From an uncultured Oscillospiraceae bacterium (lineage in GTDB: Bacteria; Bacillota; Clostridia; Oscillospirales; Acutalibacteraceae), in assembly GCA_900554525.1 (NCBI GenBank), contig USHL01000001.1:1-28150 (forward strand): a stretch of 28,150 bases of DNA. Reading direction: 5' to 3'. Positions 9,860-20,297 of this stretch are shown piece by piece. Each line of letters starts with the position of its first letter. The stretch's first letter is position 1. The notes under the pieces were generated by a model that worked only from the letters and a program-made list of their open reading frames with translations, had not been told where the DNA came from and did no database searches. The position numbers were made by a program, and so were the translations under genes.

Positions 9860-10045
9860 TTACCAGCTGGCTTTCTTCACTCCGGGAATCTCACCCTTGT
9901 AGGCAAGCTCTCTGAAGCATATACGGCAGATGCCGTACTTGCGAAGATAAGCGTGTGGGCGGCCGCAGATTTTGCATCTGTTGTACTTTCTTGTTGAAAA
10001 CTTAGCAGGTCTCGCCTGCTTAACTTTCATAGCAGTTTTAGCCAT
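9860..10045 (-). CDS. rpsZ: 30S ribosomal protein S14, type Z (zinc-binding, 61 aa)
   Basis: RCKICGRPH...[22 protein letters not shown]. Confidence 0.99.
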   Translation of the reverse strand: MAKTAMKVKQARPAKFSTRKYNRCKICGRPHAYLRKYGICRICFRELAYKGEIPGVKKASW

Positions 10046-10056
10046 TTTTCTTCTCC

Positions 10057-10596
10057 TTATCTCGCAAACGGAGCGCCCATAAGCGTCAGAAGCTCGCGGG
10101 CCTCTTCATCTGTTTTGGCAGTGGTAACAAAGATAATGTCCATTCCGCGGACCTTATCAATCTTATCGTAATCAATTTCAGGGAATATCAGCTGCTCCTT
10201 AACGCCCATAGCATAATTGCCGCGGCCGTCAAAGGCATTCGGATTTATACCTCTGAAGTCCCTTACTCTCGGCAATGCAGCGCCGAAAAGCCTTTCGATA
10301 AACTCATACATACGCTCGCCGCGCAGCGTGACCTTTGCGCCGATCGGCATACCCTCGCGGAGCTTGAAGTTCGCGACGGATTTCTTAGCACGGCAGGGAA
10401 CCGCCTTCTGGCCGGTTATCTTGCTCAAATCATTGAGAATAGCGTCAATGACCTTGCTGTTTTCCTTTGCCTCGCCGGCGCCTACGTTTATAACTACCTT
10501 TTCGAGCTTCGGAATCTGCATTACGCTCTTGTAGCCAAACTTTGTCATCAAAGCGGGAGCGATCGAATTTTTATATTCGTTCGACAGTGTTGACAT
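10057..10596 (-). CDS. rplE: 50S ribosomal protein L5 (uL5)
   Basis: [39 protein letters not shown]; start reset to ATG 10596. Confidence 0.99.
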   Translation of the reverse strand: MSTLSNEYKNSIAPALMTKFGYKSVMQIPKLEKVVINVGAGEAKENSKVIDAILNDLSKITGQKAVPCRAKKSVANFKLREGMPIGAKVTLRGERMYEFIERLFGAALPRVRDFRGINPNAFDGRGNYAMGVKEQLIFPEIDYDKIDKVRGMDIIFVTTAKTDEEARELLTLMGAPFAR

Positions 10597-10613
10597 ACAA
10601 ATCCTCCTTACTC

Positions 10614-10937
10614 TTAAATAGTCTCGCCGCACTTTTTGCATATGCGGTCTTTCTTGCCGTCCTCATAGATTTTGGTTCCTATTCTGGTCGGCTTATTGCA
10701 TTTAGGGCAGACAACCTGGACCTTGCAGGCATAAACGGCGCCCTCGGTCTCGATAATGCCGGACGGATCGCCCGCCTTCTTCGGCTTTACATGCTTTTTA
10801 ACCTTGTTGATGCCCTCAACTATAACCTTACCCTCTTTGGGGCTGACCTCAAGCACCTTGCCGGTCTTCTTGCGGTCCTTCTTGTCTCCGGTGAGGAGTA
10901 CAACGATATCGCCTGTTTTAACGTGAAGCTTATTCAT
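10614..10937 (-). CDS. rplX: 50S ribosomal protein L24 (uL24)
   Basis: HVKTGD.V.., [15 protein letters not shown]; carries CPKC and CKKC. Confidence 0.98.
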   Translation of the reverse strand: MNKLHVKTGDIVVLLTGDKKDRKKTGKVLEVSPKEGKVIVEGINKVKKHVKPKKAGDPSGIIETEGAVYACKVQVVCPKCNKPTRIGTKIYEDGKKDRICKKCGETI

Positions 10938-10955
10938 AACTGTTTCTACCTCCCA

Positions 10956-11324
10956 TTAAAGCACTTCAGGAGCAAGAGACAGGATCTTGGTGTAATCCTT
11001 GTCGCGCAGCTCTCTGGCCACAGGCCCGAAAATACGGGTGCCGCGGGGGTTCTTGTCATCACGGATGATAACAGCCGCATTTTCGTCGAATCTGATGTAT
11101 GTGCCGTCGTTGCGGCGGAGTCCCTTAGCGGAACGCACCACAACTGCCTTGACAACGTCGCCCTTCTTCACGGTACCGCCCGGAGCGGCCTTTTTGACCG
11201 AAGCCACGATAACGTCGCCAATGTTGGCATACCTCCTTCTGGAGCCTCCAAGAACGCGGATGCACATAATTTCCTTAGCACCCGTATTGTCGGCAACCTT
11301 GAGGTAACTCTGTTGTTGTATCAC
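10956..11324 (-). CDS. rplN: 50S ribosomal protein L14 (uL14), GTG start
   Basis: [37 protein letters not shown]. Confidence 0.99.
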   Translation of the reverse strand: MIQQQSYLKVADNTGAKEIMCIRVLGGSRRRYANIGDVIVASVKKAAPGGTVKKGDVVKAVVVRSAKGLRRNDGTYIRFDENAAVIIRDDKNPRGTRIFGPVARELRDKDYTKILSLAPEVL

Positions 11325-11344
11325 AGTGTTTTCCTCCTTTAAGA

Positions 11345-11602
11345 CTACTTAGCCTTCTCGATTATCTCGGCCACGCGCCAGCGCTTATCCTTGGAGAGCG
11401 GCCTTGTTTCCATGATGAGTACCCTGTCGCCGATGCCGCAGGAATTGTTCTCATCGTGAGCCTTGAGTCTTATTGTGTTCTTTATGATCTTCTTATAGAG
11501 CGGATGCTTGACGTTATCTTCAATGGCGACCACTACGGTCTTATCCATTTTATCGCTTACGACCCTTCCCACTCTGGTCTTACGAAGGTTTCTTTCGCTC
11601 AT
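11345..11602 (-). CDS. rpsQ: 30S ribosomal protein S17 (uS17)
   Basis: [32 protein letters not shown]. Confidence 0.99.
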   Translation of the reverse strand: MSERNLRKTRVGRVVSDKMDKTVVVAIEDNVKHPLYKKIIKNTIRLKAHDENNSCGIGDRVLIMETRPLSKDKRWRVAEIIEKAK

Positions 11603-11621
11603 TTAGCTGTTCCTCCCTCTT

Positions 11622-11831
11622 TTAAGCGTTAGTGCTGTCGTTTTTAAGCTCATTCTCGCGGATAATAGTCTTAATGCGAGCGATATCCTTCTTGACAGCA
11701 ACGATACGCATGGGGTTTTCGAGCTGATTAATGGCGAGTTGGAAACGCAGATTGAATAATTCCTCTTTAAGCTTTGTCAACTGCTCATTAAGCTCGGGCA
11801 AAGTGTTCTGTCTGATTTCCTTTGCATTCAT
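11622..11831 (-). CDS. rpmC: 50S ribosomal protein L29 (uL29)
   Basis: [29 protein letters not shown]. Confidence 0.99.
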   Translation of the reverse strand: MNAKEIRQNTLPELNEQLTKLKEELFNLRFQLAINQLENPMRIVAVKKDIARIKTIIRENELKNDSTNA

Positions 11832-12256
11832 TACTGCTCACCACCCATTTCCTGCTTGCTTACAAACTTACATTTGATAGGAAGCTTGTTGGCTGCGAGA
11901 CGCATAGCCTCACGGGCAAGCTCCTCGCTGACTCCGCCGATCTCGAACATTACGCGGCCCGGCTTTACAACCGCGACCCAGTATTCCGGAGAGCCCTTAC
12001 CGGAACCCATTCGGGTCTCGGCCGGCTTTTCGGTGATCGGCTTGTCGGGGAATATCTTTATCCAAACCTGACCGCCGCGCTTGATATAACGCGTCATAGC
12101 GATACGGGCGGCTTCTATCTGATTGGAGGTGATCCACGCGGGCTCTAAGGCCTGCAGACCGTAGTCGCCGTGAGTCACGGTGATCCCGCGTGAGGCGGCG
12201 CCGGTAAGGCGGCCGCGGTGTACCCTGCGGTACTTAACGCGCTTAGGCATCAACAT
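11831..12256 (-). CDS. rplP: 50S ribosomal protein L16 (uL16)
   Basis: [33 protein letters not shown]. Confidence 0.99.
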   Translation of the reverse strand: MLMPKRVKYRRVHRGRLTGAASRGITVTHGDYGLQALEPAWITSNQIEAARIAMTRYIKRGGQVWIKIFPDKPITEKPAETRMGSGKGSPEYWVAVVKPGRVMFEIGGVSEELAREAMRLAANKLPIKCKFVSKQEMGGEQ

Positions 12257-12921
12257 CAGCGTGCGCCCCCTTCCTTTTTCTTGGAGCGGTTATCCGCAAG
12301 TACCTCGCCCTTGTATATCCAGACCTTTACGCCGATGCGGCCGTATGTGGTGGCAGCCTCGGCAAAGCCGTAATCGATGTCGGCTCTCATAGTCTGGAGC
12401 GGAATGGTACCCTCGCGGTACTGCTCGCTTCTCGCGATTTCGGCGCCGCCCAGACGGCCCGAAACCTGTGTCTTTATACCCTTTACGCCGAGTCTCATAG
12501 CTCTGCCTATCGAGAGCTTCATCGCACGGCGGAAAGAAATTCGCTTTTCAAGCTGCGCAGCGATATTTTCCGCAACCAGAGTAGCGTTTGTATCCGGGCT
12601 CTTTATCTCTACGATATTGATGATGACCGGCTTTCCGAGCATCTGCTGGCAGGTAACGCGCAGCTTTTCGATTTCGCTGCCGTTGCGGCCGATAACCATG
12701 CCCGGCTTTGCGCAGTGGATATGCAGTCTCACGCGTTTGTCGTCACGTTCGATTTCGATTTTGGCAATACCCGCCGAAAAAAGCGTTTTCTTAAGGTATT
12801 TACGGAGGTTGTAGTCCTCAACCAAGGTATCTCCGAAATCACGGTCATTTGTAAACCAACGTGAATCCCAGTTCTTTATAACGCCCACACGGAAACCGTG
12901 GGGATTAACCTTCTGGCCCAT
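12256..12921 (-). CDS. rpsC: 30S ribosomal protein S3 (uS3)
   Basis: [37 protein letters not shown]. Confidence 0.99.
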   Translation of the reverse strand: MGQKVNPHGFRVGVIKNWDSRWFTNDRDFGDTLVEDYNLRKYLKKTLFSAGIAKIEIERDDKRVRLHIHCAKPGMVIGRNGSEIEKLRVTCQQMLGKPVIINIVEIKSPDTNATLVAENIAAQLEKRISFRRAMKLSIGRAMRLGVKGIKTQVSGRLGGAEIARSEQYREGTIPLQTMRADIDYGFAEAATTYGRIGVKVWIYKGEVLADNRSKKKEGGAR

Positions 12922-12936
12922 AACTTAACCTCCCTT

Positions 12937-13275
12937 TCAGTTCTCGCGTTCTTTAAGAACGACGGTAATATGGCTTGTTCTCTTTAAAATCCTGTGGGCC
13001 CTGCCATGGTCCTTCGGACGGATCCTCTTGAGGGTCGGTCCGGGGCAGACAAAGCACTCTGCGACATAAAGTCTGGAAACATCCATATTGTGATTATTTT
13101 CTGCGTTTGCAATAGCTGACGCCAAAAGCTTCTCCAAATACTCGCAAGCGGACTTAGGAGTGAATTTGAGTATAGCCATAGCTTTGTCAGCATCCTGATT
13201 GCGGATAAGATCCAAAACAATCTTCACCTTGCGGGGTGAAATGCGGGCATATTTGAGTATCGCCCTTGCTTCCAT
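12937..13275 (-). CDS. rplV: 50S ribosomal protein L22 (uL22)
   Basis: [37 protein letters not shown]. Confidence 0.99.
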   Translation of the reverse strand: MEARAILKYARISPRKVKIVLDLIRNQDADKAMAILKFTPKSACEYLEKLLASAIANAENNHNMDVSRLYVAECFVCPGPTLKRIRPKDHGRAHRILKRTSHITVVLKEREN

Positions 13276-13298
13276 AGTTAAACTCTCCTTTCAGCCGC

Positions 13299-13574
13299 TT
13301 ACTTACCGCTGGTTTTAGAACCCGCGTGTCCCTTGAAGGTTCTGGTCGGTGCGAATTCACCGAGCTTGTGGCCAACCATATCCTCAGTTACATAAACCGG
13401 CACGTGCTTGCGGCCGTCATGGACCGCAAAGGTATGTCCGACGAAATCGGGGAATATGGTCGACGAACGGCTCCAGGTCTTCAAAACACGCTTTTCGCCG
13501 GTCGCGTTCATTTCCTGAACTCTCTTGAAAAGCACTTCTTGTACATAAGGGCCTTTTTTAATGCTTCTTCCCAT
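13299..13574 (-). CDS. rpsS: 30S ribosomal protein S19 (uS19)
   Basis: [32 protein letters not shown]. Confidence 0.99.
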   Translation of the reverse strand: MGRSIKKGPYVQEVLFKRVQEMNATGEKRVLKTWSRSSTIFPDFVGHTFAVHDGRKHVPVYVTEDMVGHKLGEFAPTRTFKGHAGSKTSGK

Positions 13575-13595
13575 AATTAATCTCCTTTCGTCGGC

Positions 13596-14423
13596 TTATT
13601 TACGGCGCTTTACGATATATTTATCGGTACTCTTGTTCTTCTTGCGGGTCTTGTAGCCGAGTGCCGGCTTGCCCCACGGAGTAACAGGTCCCGGACGTCC
13701 GATGGGCGATTTGCCCTCGCCGCCGCCGTGCGGGTGGTCGCAGGGGTTCATAACAGAACCGCGCACTGTCGGTCTCCAGCCCATGTGGCGCTTGCGGCCG
13801 GCCTTGCCGTAATTTACATTGGCATGCTCCGGATTGGAAACCGCGCCGACGGTAGCCATACAGTTGGCCGGCACGTTGCGCAGCTCGCCCGAAGGCAGAC
13901 GCAGAAGCGCCATACCGTTCTCCTTAGCCATAAGCTGAGCCATATTTCCGGCCGAACGCGCAAGCTGCGCGCCCTTTCCGGGGTGAAGCTCAATGTTGTG
14001 GAGGAAGGTACCTACCGGGATATTGCTGAGCGGCAGCGCGTTGCCGGGCTTGATATCGGCATCGGGGCCGCTGACGATTACGTCGCCCACCTTTAAATCC
14101 TGCGGAGCGATTATATAGCGTTTTTCGCCGTCCTCATACTGAACGAGGGCGATAAAGGCCGAACGGTTGGGGTCATACTCAAGGGTGAGAACCGTCGCGT
14201 TAACTCCGAAACGCTCTCTCTTGAAGTCGATTACCCTGTATTTTCTGCGGTTGCCGCCGCCTCTGTGGCGGACGGTTATGCGGCCGTAGCTGTTGCGGCC
14301 GGCGTTTTTCTTTATAGGCTCAAGCAAGCTTCTTTCCGGGGCGACTTTCGAAAGCTCGGAATAGTCCATCGTCGTCATATTGCGGCGGCCCGGAGTAGTC
14401 GGCTTGTAATGTTTGATTGCCAT
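13596..14423 (-). CDS. rplB: 50S ribosomal protein L2 (uL2)
   Basis: [39 protein letters not shown]; start reset to ATG 14423. Confidence 0.99.
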   Translation of the reverse strand: MAIKHYKPTTPGRRNMTTMDYSELSKVAPERSLLEPIKKNAGRNSYGRITVRHRGGGNRRKYRVIDFKRERFGVNATVLTLEYDPNRSAFIALVQYEDGEKRYIIAPQDLKVGDVIVSGPDADIKPGNALPLSNIPVGTFLHNIELHPGKGAQLARSAGNMAQLMAKENGMALLRLPSGELRNVPANCMATVGAVSNPEHANVNYGKAGRKRHMGWRPTVRGSVMNPCDHPHGGGEGKSPIGRPGPVTPWGKPALGYKTRKKNKSTDKYIVKRRK

Positions 14424-14505
14424 GTGTTTCACTCTCCTATTTTGGCTTAGCGAAGCCGTAACGGCTCCATACATCACCGGAAATCAACGATTTCCTCACA
14501 GCTTA

Positions 14506-14799
14506 TCAGATAAGACCGTCGAAGAACTCTATCGGCTTGGAATCCGCCTTAAGAGTTACAACCGCCTTTTTCCAGGCGGCGGTATAGCCGTTGTAGCGGC
14601 CCATACGTCTGGCCTGGCCGCGCACATTGATGGTATTCACCTTTGCAACGTCGACCTTGAAAAGCTGTGCGACCGCGGCTGCGATCTCTATCTTGTTGGC
14701 GTCCTTTGCTACCTTAAAGGTGTATTTCTTATCGGCTATTCCCGACATACTCTTTTCGGTAATCACCGGAGCGATAATGATATCCTGTGCGGCTTTCAT
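14506..14799 (-). CDS. rplW: 50S ribosomal protein L23 (uL23)
   Basis: PVITEKS, YTFKVAKDANKIEI, WKKAVVTL. Confidence 0.99.
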   Translation of the reverse strand: MKAAQDIIIAPVITEKSMSGIADKKYTFKVAKDANKIEIAAAVAQLFKVDVAKVNTINVRGQARRMGRYNGYTAAWKKAVVTLKADSKPIEFFDGLI

Positions 14800-15422
14800 T
14801 ATGCATACACCTCCTCAAGCTTAGCTACGGCGCCCTTGACCATCACCAGCGTATCGGCATTGATTATGTCGTAGGTGTTGACGGTGTTTACCTGAGCGGA
14901 TTTGGCGCCCGCGATGTTCGCTATACTCTTAACGGCAAAGGGATTGTTGTCCTCCAGCACGATAAGGGTCTTCTTTCCGGCGCCGATCGCCTTTAAGCAA
15001 TCCGCGACGGTTTTGGTCTTGTAAGCCTCAAGCTTTAATTCGTCAAGAACGATCATATCGCCTGTGAGCACCTTATCCGACAAAGCGGATTTAAGCGCCA
15101 GTCTTCTGACCTTTTTGTTGAGGGAGTAGGAATAATCCCTCGGCTTCGGCGCATGGACGATACCGCCGTGTCTCCACTGCGGAGCTCTGGTCGAGCCCTG
15201 TCTCGCATGGCCTGTGCCCTTCTGTCTCCAGGGCTTTTTGCCGCCGCCCGAAACCTCGGTGCGGGTCAGAGTGGACTGTGTGCCCTGACGCTGGTTTGCA
15301 AGGTAGTTTACAACCGCCATATGCATTACCGCCGCGTTGGGCGCAATTCCGAAAACGGCGTCGCTGAGCGTCATCTCTCCCACGCTTTTGCCCGCCATAT
15401 CGACTACTGCTATATTAGGCAT
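14799..15422 (-). CDS. rplD: 50S ribosomal protein L4 (uL4)
   Basis: RQGTQST.TR.EVSGGGKKPWRQKGTGHARQGS.RAPQW; start reset to ATG 15422. Confidence 0.99.
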   Translation of the reverse strand: MPNIAVVDMAGKSVGEMTLSDAVFGIAPNAAVMHMAVVNYLANQRQGTQSTLTRTEVSGGGKKPWRQKGTGHARQGSTRAPQWRHGGIVHAPKPRDYSYSLNKKVRRLALKSALSDKVLTGDMIVLDELKLEAYKTKTVADCLKAIGAGKKTLIVLEDNNPFAVKSIANIAGAKSAQVNTVNTYDIINADTLVMVKGAVAKLEEVYA

Positions 15423-15442
15423 AATTCGTAACACTCCTTCCC

Positions 15443-16075
15443 TTAAGCCTTGACGCTGTCAAAAAGAACCACGATTCCGCCCTTGGGACCGGGAACGGCG
15501 CCCTTTACGGCGATGATATTCTTTTCAGCGTCTACCTTGACTACACTGAGATTCTGAACCGTCACGCGCTCATGACCCAGATGACCTGCCATCTTCTTGC
15601 CCTTGAAAACTCTCGAAGGACTCGAGCAGGCGCCGAGCGAGCCGCCGTGGCGGTGTACCGGACCGGTACCGTGAGACTCCTTGAGTCTGCCGAAATTCCA
15701 GCGCTTGATAGTGCCGGCGTAGCCCTTACCCTTGGAAGTGCCGCGCACGTCTACCGCGTCGCCCTCGGAAAATACGTCCGCTTTTATGATGTCGCCCACG
15801 TTCATACCGCTGACGTCATCAAAGCGGAACTCACGCAGCACCTTTTTGGGAGCCGCGTCGCCCTTTGCGAAGTGACCCTTCCGGGGCTTGTTTACCTTTG
15901 AGGCCTTAATGTCGCCGAAGCCGACCTGTACTGCCTCGTATCCGTCGTTCTCGGCGGTCTTCTTCTGCGAGATAACGCAGGGACCGGCTTCGATCACGGT
16001 TACCGGAACGACATTTCCGTTTGCGTCAAAAAGCTGGGTCATGCCGAGCTTTTTGCCGACGATACCTTTTTGCAT
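15443..16075 (-). CDS. rplC: 50S ribosomal protein L3 (uL3)
   Basis: [43 protein letters not shown]. Confidence 0.99.
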   Translation of the reverse strand: MQKGIVGKKLGMTQLFDANGNVVPVTVIEAGPCVISQKKTAENDGYEAVQVGFGDIKASKVNKPRKGHFAKGDAAPKKVLREFRFDDVSGMNVGDIIKADVFSEGDAVDVRGTSKGKGYAGTIKRWNFGRLKESHGTGPVHRHGGSLGACSSPSRVFKGKKMAGHLGHERVTVQNLSVVKVDAEKNIIAVKGAVPGPKGGIVVLFDSVKA

Positions 16076-16138
16076 TTCAATTTCCTCCTTTGGTTATTGG
16101 TTGGCCGGAGCCAACTTGACCTGTCCGTGCAGAAAAGC

Positions 16139-16450
16139 TTAAAGCTTTATTTCGATTTCTACACCGGCGGGAAGCTCAAGATTAGTCAGAGATTCAACGG
16201 TCTTGTTGGAAGGTCTGATGATATCGATGAGCCTTTTGTGCGTCCTCGTCTCAAACTGCTCGCGGCTGTCCTTATACTTATGAACTGCGCGCAGGATGGT
16301 AACGACTTCCTTCTCGGTCGGGAGCGGCACGGGGCCGGAAACCCTTGCACCTGTACGTTTAGCGGTTTCCACTATCTTCTCAGCGGACTGGTCGACAAGC
16401 GCGTGGTCGTAACCTTTGATACGAATACGGATTTTTTCTTTCACTGCCAT
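16139..16450 (-). CDS. rpsJ: 30S ribosomal protein S10 (uS10)
   Basis: [38 protein letters not shown]. Confidence 0.99.
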   Translation of the reverse strand: MAVKEKIRIRIKGYDHALVDQSAEKIVETAKRTGARVSGPVPLPTEKEVVTILRAVHKYKDSREQFETRTHKRLIDIIRPSNKTVESLTNLELPAGVEIEIKL

Positions 16451-16720
16451 TGTGAAATTCGCCTCCTTAAATAGTTGGCGGGCAAAACTTACAACCTGCC
16501 GTGCGTTTCTTCACGGCACATTATAAAACCGGCATTGCTGGGGTCACAGACAATTCCGGACAGCGGATCGCTCCGCCGCTGCACACAAGGCCGCAAGATC
16601 CTTGATGTGCTCCATTTCTTTCGCCCGGTTTAAAATCGGACATACTCCGCGGAAATTTCCCGGCATGGCGGCCGGCCACCTCCCGCATCAACGCATGCTT
16701 ACGCCATACTTAGTCAGCGT
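16451..16720 (-). promoter_or_regulatory. long structured 5' leader of the S10 operon (putative r-protein leader)
   Basis: About 270 nt between the promoter and rpsJ. The 16620-16697 segment (minus: GATGCGGGAGGTGGCCGG..CCGGGAAATTTCCGCGGAG..GTCC..GGGCGAA) resembles Firmicute rpsJ leaders as I recall them; further hairpins lie downstream. Confidence 0.65.
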
Positions 16721-16728
16721 ACCGTAGT

Positions 16729-16757
16729 ATATTAACACAAGAGACAAAAAAAATCAA
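16729..16757 (-). promoter_or_regulatory. putative sigma-A promoter of the S10 operon
   Basis: Minus strand TTGATT-N17-TAATAT with TG extended -10; A/T-rich upstream region. Confidence 0.65.
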
Positions 16758-16862
16758 GCTTTTTTTACAAAAAATTTTCGCTTTTTTCGGCTTAAAATAA
16801 GGCTTTGCGGGCTTTATCAATATCTTGTGTCCGAAAAGCGGCGCCGCAACAATATATAAATA

Positions 16863-16891
16863 TTGAAAAAAACGTCCGATTGTACTATAAT
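16863..16891 (+). promoter_or_regulatory. putative sigma-A promoter of lepA
   Basis: TTGAAA (16863-16868)-N17-TATAAT (16886-16891). Confidence 0.8.
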
Positions 16892-16922
16892 TACCTTATA
16901 TTATTATAAAGGAGCAAATAAA

Positions 16923-18728
16923 TTGTCCTTTCCTCTTGAGCATATACGGAATTTCTGCATAGTCGCGCATATCGACCACGGCAAATCGACCCTTGCCGAC
17001 CGTCTGCTTGAAAAGACCCGTTCGGTTTCTGAGCGTGACATGGAAGAACAGATATTAGACAGCATGGATCTGGAGCGTGAGCGCGGCATCACCATAAAAG
17101 CCCACGCCGTAACCCTTTACTATACCGCAAAGGACGGCGTTGAATACGAACTAAACCTGATAGATACTCCGGGACATGTCGACTTCAACTATGAGGTGTC
17201 GCGTTCTCTCGCCGCCTGCGAGGGCGCGATTCTGGTGGTGGACGCCTCTCAGGGAATAGAAGCGCAGACCCTTGCCAACACCTATCTTGCGGTCGACCAT
17301 GGGCTGGAGCTTTTGCCGGTGATCAATAAAATCGACCTGCCGTCGGCCGATCCCGAACGCGTAAGGCATGAAATAGAGGATATCATCGGCATTCCGGCAG
17401 AGGACGCGCCGCTTATTTCCGCCAAAACCGGCGTAAATATCGGGGAGGTGCTCGAGCGCATCGTAACCGATATTCCCGCGCCGAAGGGCGACCGCTCAGC
17501 CCCGCTGAAGGCGCTTATATTCGACTCGTATTATGACCCTTACAAGGGCGTCGTGGTATATTTCCGCGTTGTCAGCGGAAAGCTTAAATCAGGCGACCGC
17601 ATCCGTATGATGGCGACCGGCGCCGAATTCGACACGGTGGAAATAGGCCGCAAGCGCGCCACCAGCCTGGAGCCATGCGAAGTGCTCGAGGCCGGCGAGG
17701 TCGGATATCTCTCGGCCTCCATCAAGACTGTCAGCGAAGCGCGGGTCGGCGATACCGTAACCCTGGCCGAGGCTCCTGCCGAGGCTCCGCTTGAGGGCTA
17801 CCGCAAGGTAAATCCGGTGGTTTTCTGCGGAATCTACCCCGCGGACGGCGCCAAATACCCCGATCTCCGCGACGCGCTCGATAAGCTGAGCCTTAACGAC
17901 GCCTCCCTCCTCTTCGAGCCCGAAAGCTCCGGCGCGCTGGGCTTCGGCTTCCGCTGCGGCTTTTTGGGTCTTCTTCATATGGAAATTATCGAGGAACGCC
18001 TGGAGCGCGAATACAATTTAGACCTCGTTACCACCGCGCCGAGCGTCGAGTATAAATTCATTCTGACCAACGGAGAAACCGTAACGGTCGACAATCCGAC
18101 CAATTACCCCGATCCGGCAGTAATAGCCGAGGCACTCGAACCGATTGCCGACGTGCATATCTACAGCCCGAGCGAATATGTCGGTACCATCATGCAGCTC
18201 TGTGAGGAGCGGCGCGGCGTTTATACCGATATGAAATACATGGGCGACCGCGTGGATATCCATTATGTGCTGCCGATGGGCGAGATAGTCTACGACTTTT
18301 TCGACGCATTGAAATCGCGCACCAAGGGCTATGCCAGCTACGACTATGAGCCCAAGGGCTATGAGAAATCAAAGCTTGTAAAACTCGACGTACTGCTGGC
18401 CGGCGACTGCGTGGACGCGCTTTCGTTCATAGTCCATACCGACAATGCCTATGCCCGCGCCCGCAGGATAGCGGAAAAGCTCAAAGAGTATATCCCGCGG
18501 CAGCTTTTTGAAGTCCCCATACAGGTGGCGGTATCCGGCAAGATAATCGCCCGCGAGACGGTCAAGGCTCTGCGCAAGGATGTGCTCGCCAAATGCTACG
18601 GCGGCGATATAACCCGAAAGAAAAAGCTGCTTGAAAAACAGAAGGAGGGCAAAAAGCGCATGCGCCGCTTAGGCACAGTCGAGGTGCCGCAGGAGGCGTT
18701 TATGGCTGTCCTGAAGCTCGACGAATAA
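16923..18728 (+). CDS. lepA: translation elongation factor 4 (LepA), TTG start
   Basis: [78 protein letters not shown] 16923 follows AAAGGAG. Confidence 0.98.
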   Translation: MSFPLEHIRNFCIVAHIDHGKSTLADRLLEKTRSVSERDMEEQILDSMDLERERGITIKAHAVTLYYTAKDGVEYELNLIDTPGHVDFNYEVSRSLAACEGAILVVDASQGIEAQTLANTYLAVDHGLELLPVINKIDLPSADPERVRHEIEDIIGIPAEDAPLISAKTGVNIGEVLERIVTDIPAPKGDRSAPLKALIFDSYYDPYKGVVVYFRVVSGKLKSGDRIRMMATGAEFDTVEIGRKRATSLEPCEVLEAGEVGYLSASIKTVSEARVGDTVTLAEAPAEAPLEGYRKVNPVVFCGIYPADGAKYPDLRDALDKLSLNDASLLFEPESSGALGFGFRCGFLGLLHMEIIEERLEREYNLDLVTTAPSVEYKFILTNGETVTVDNPTNYPDPAVIAEALEPIADVHIYSPSEYVGTIMQLCEERRGVYTDMKYMGDRVDIHYVLPMGEIVYDFFDALKSRTKGYASYDYEPKGYEKSKLVKLDVLLAGDCVDALSFIVHTDNAYARARRIAEKLKEYIPRQLFEVPIQVAVSGKIIARETVKALRKDVLAKCYGGDITRKKKLLEKQKEGKKRMRRLGTVEVPQEAFMAVLKLDE

Positions 18729-18766
18729 ACAATTCCGCCGCCCGAAGGCGGCAAAAAGGTGATAAA

Positions 18767-19624
18767 ATGGCAAATAAAACAGCAAGACAGAAAGCAATAG
18801 CCCGCCGCAGGATATTTTTAAGCCTTTGCGCAGTAATATTGATAGCGGTAATCACACTGGTGGTTTTCACCGTGAACGCACTCTTAAAAGCCTCCGACGG
18901 AGATAAAGGCTCTTCGGATATAAGCGCGCCCTCAAGCTCCGACGGCTCGTCGGAAGCTATTTCGTCGGGAAGCTCCTCCGATACAAGCAGCCTGCCGGCG
19001 ACCGGACCTCACGGGCTTGACGCCAATTACAGCAAGCTCCTGCTCGTAAACGGCGAGCACCCGCTGGCCGAGGACTATGATTATGAGGCAAACCTCACCA
19101 CCATCCCCAATGAATACCTTAACAACACCTGGTTCCAGCAGATAGGCGGACAGATAGATAAGGATGTCTGGCCCTATATGAAGGCTATGATAGATGACGC
19201 CTGGGCCGACGGAGTAGAGCTTTATGTATGGTCGCCCTACCGTTCATACAATACGCAAAAGGATCTGTTTGACAATCAGGTTCAGCGATGCATCGCAAAC
19301 GGCACCCCGGCGGGCGAGCAGGCCGAGGCGGAGGCGGCTACCGTAGTGGCGCGGCCGGGCACCAGCGAGCACCACACAGGGCTTGCGGCGGATTTTAATA
19401 TGGCCGACGATAAATTCGAGCAGACCGATATGTACGCCTGGCTGCAGGAAAACGCCGAAAATTACGGCTTTATCATGCGTTACAGCGCCGAAAAGCAGCC
19501 TGAAACCGGCGTTATCCACGAATCATGGCATTACCGCTTTGTCGGTATAAACGTTGCGAAAGAAATAAACGATCTTGATATGTGCCTGGAGGAATATTTA
19601 GAATACAAAAACATAGAGGGGTAA
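18767..19624 (+). CDS. membrane-anchored M15B family zinc carboxypeptidase (LdcB/DacB/VanY-like)
   Basis: Basic N-terminus, one TM helix, Ser-rich linker, then SPYRSY..Q, PGTSEHHTGLAAD (SxHxxGxAxD) and ESWHYRFVG (ExxH). Confidence 0.93.
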   Translation: MANKTARQKAIARRRIFLSLCAVILIAVITLVVFTVNALLKASDGDKGSSDISAPSSSDGSSEAISSGSSSDTSSLPATGPHGLDANYSKLLLVNGEHPLAEDYDYEANLTTIPNEYLNNTWFQQIGGQIDKDVWPYMKAMIDDAWADGVELYVWSPYRSYNTQKDLFDNQVQRCIANGTPAGEQAEAEAATVVARPGTSEHHTGLAADFNMADDKFEQTDMYAWLQENAENYGFIMRYSAEKQPETGVIHESWHYRFVGINVAKEINDLDMCLEEYLEYKNIEG

Positions 19625-19627
19625 AAA

Positions 19628-20260
19628 ATGAAGATAAAATCTGCGACGTTATTTATACTTACATGCCTGTGTGCGGCGGTTATTATGCTGCCGTTTCTGT
19701 TCAATATTTTTCGTCCTTTGTTTATCGGTAACTATTTCGCGGAATACTTTTTGCAATATTTACGCTATTTTATAAATACCCTGCTTACCAACGCTCATAT
19801 GCTTCTTTTGGCGGTATGTGCGGTGCTCGGCTTTTTCCTTGACCGGCGAAAGCGTCTGTTTAAAATTCTTGCTTTTATTCTCGCTTTTTTTATGCTTTCA
19901 AGCGCATATTCCCAAATTCACATGATGTATTTCGGCATACCGAAATACTTAGAAGGTAAGTTTCTTTTGCAAGCGGGCTGCATACATACGGCGCTGTATT
20001 ATTTAGCAATAACCGTAACGGCGGTATTTCAGCTTTTCACTCCTCGCTTCACAAAAACAAAGCTTATCATTTTCTTTGCCGTTCTGCTGATTAATACCGT
20101 CTTGGCGTTATTAATTATTTTCTTTTATAAAACCGGCTTATATGAAACAATCACTTTGTTCTCGCAATCCTTTCTCCTGTTCCCGGCATTCTGCACCGAT
20201 ATAAGCTTCCGTCCGCAGCAGCAGGATGCTGAGGCCCCCGAATCCGCCGAAGAACCGTGA
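19628..20260 (+). CDS. hypothetical multi-pass membrane protein
   Basis: 210 aa, about 5-6 hydrophobic segments, GAGGGG SD; paralog of the next gene. Confidence 0.85.
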   Translation: MKIKSATLFILTCLCAAVIMLPFLFNIFRPLFIGNYFAEYFLQYLRYFINTLLTNAHMLLLAVCAVLGFFLDRRKRLFKILAFILAFFMLSSAYSQIHMMYFGIPKYLEGKFLLQAGCIHTALYYLAITVTAVFQLFTPRFTKTKLIIFFAVLLINTVLALLIIFFYKTGLYETITLFSQSFLLFPAFCTDISFRPQQQDAEAPESAEEP

Positions 20261-20297
20261 CTCACATATCCCGAACACAAAAACAGCGAGGTAAATA

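Noticed and set aside
1376..16474. Many plus-strand and alternative-frame ORFs over the ribosomal operon (e.g. 10542..11342, 6366..6959, 2068..2562)
   Set aside because: Shadow ORFs of highly conserved genes, with no recognisable domains.
16545..16616. 23-codon minus-strand uORF (MEHIKDLAAL...) in the rpsJ leader
   Set aside because: No SD and no attenuator-like codon run; RNA structure explains the region better.
16863..16922. N-terminal extension of LepA in the ORF track
   Set aside because: That TTG is the -35 box; the SD-supported start is TTG 16923.
18767..19624. VanY as evidence of a vancomycin-resistance cluster
   Set aside because: No vanRS or vanHAX nearby; stand-alone M15B peptidases are ordinary cell-wall enzymes.
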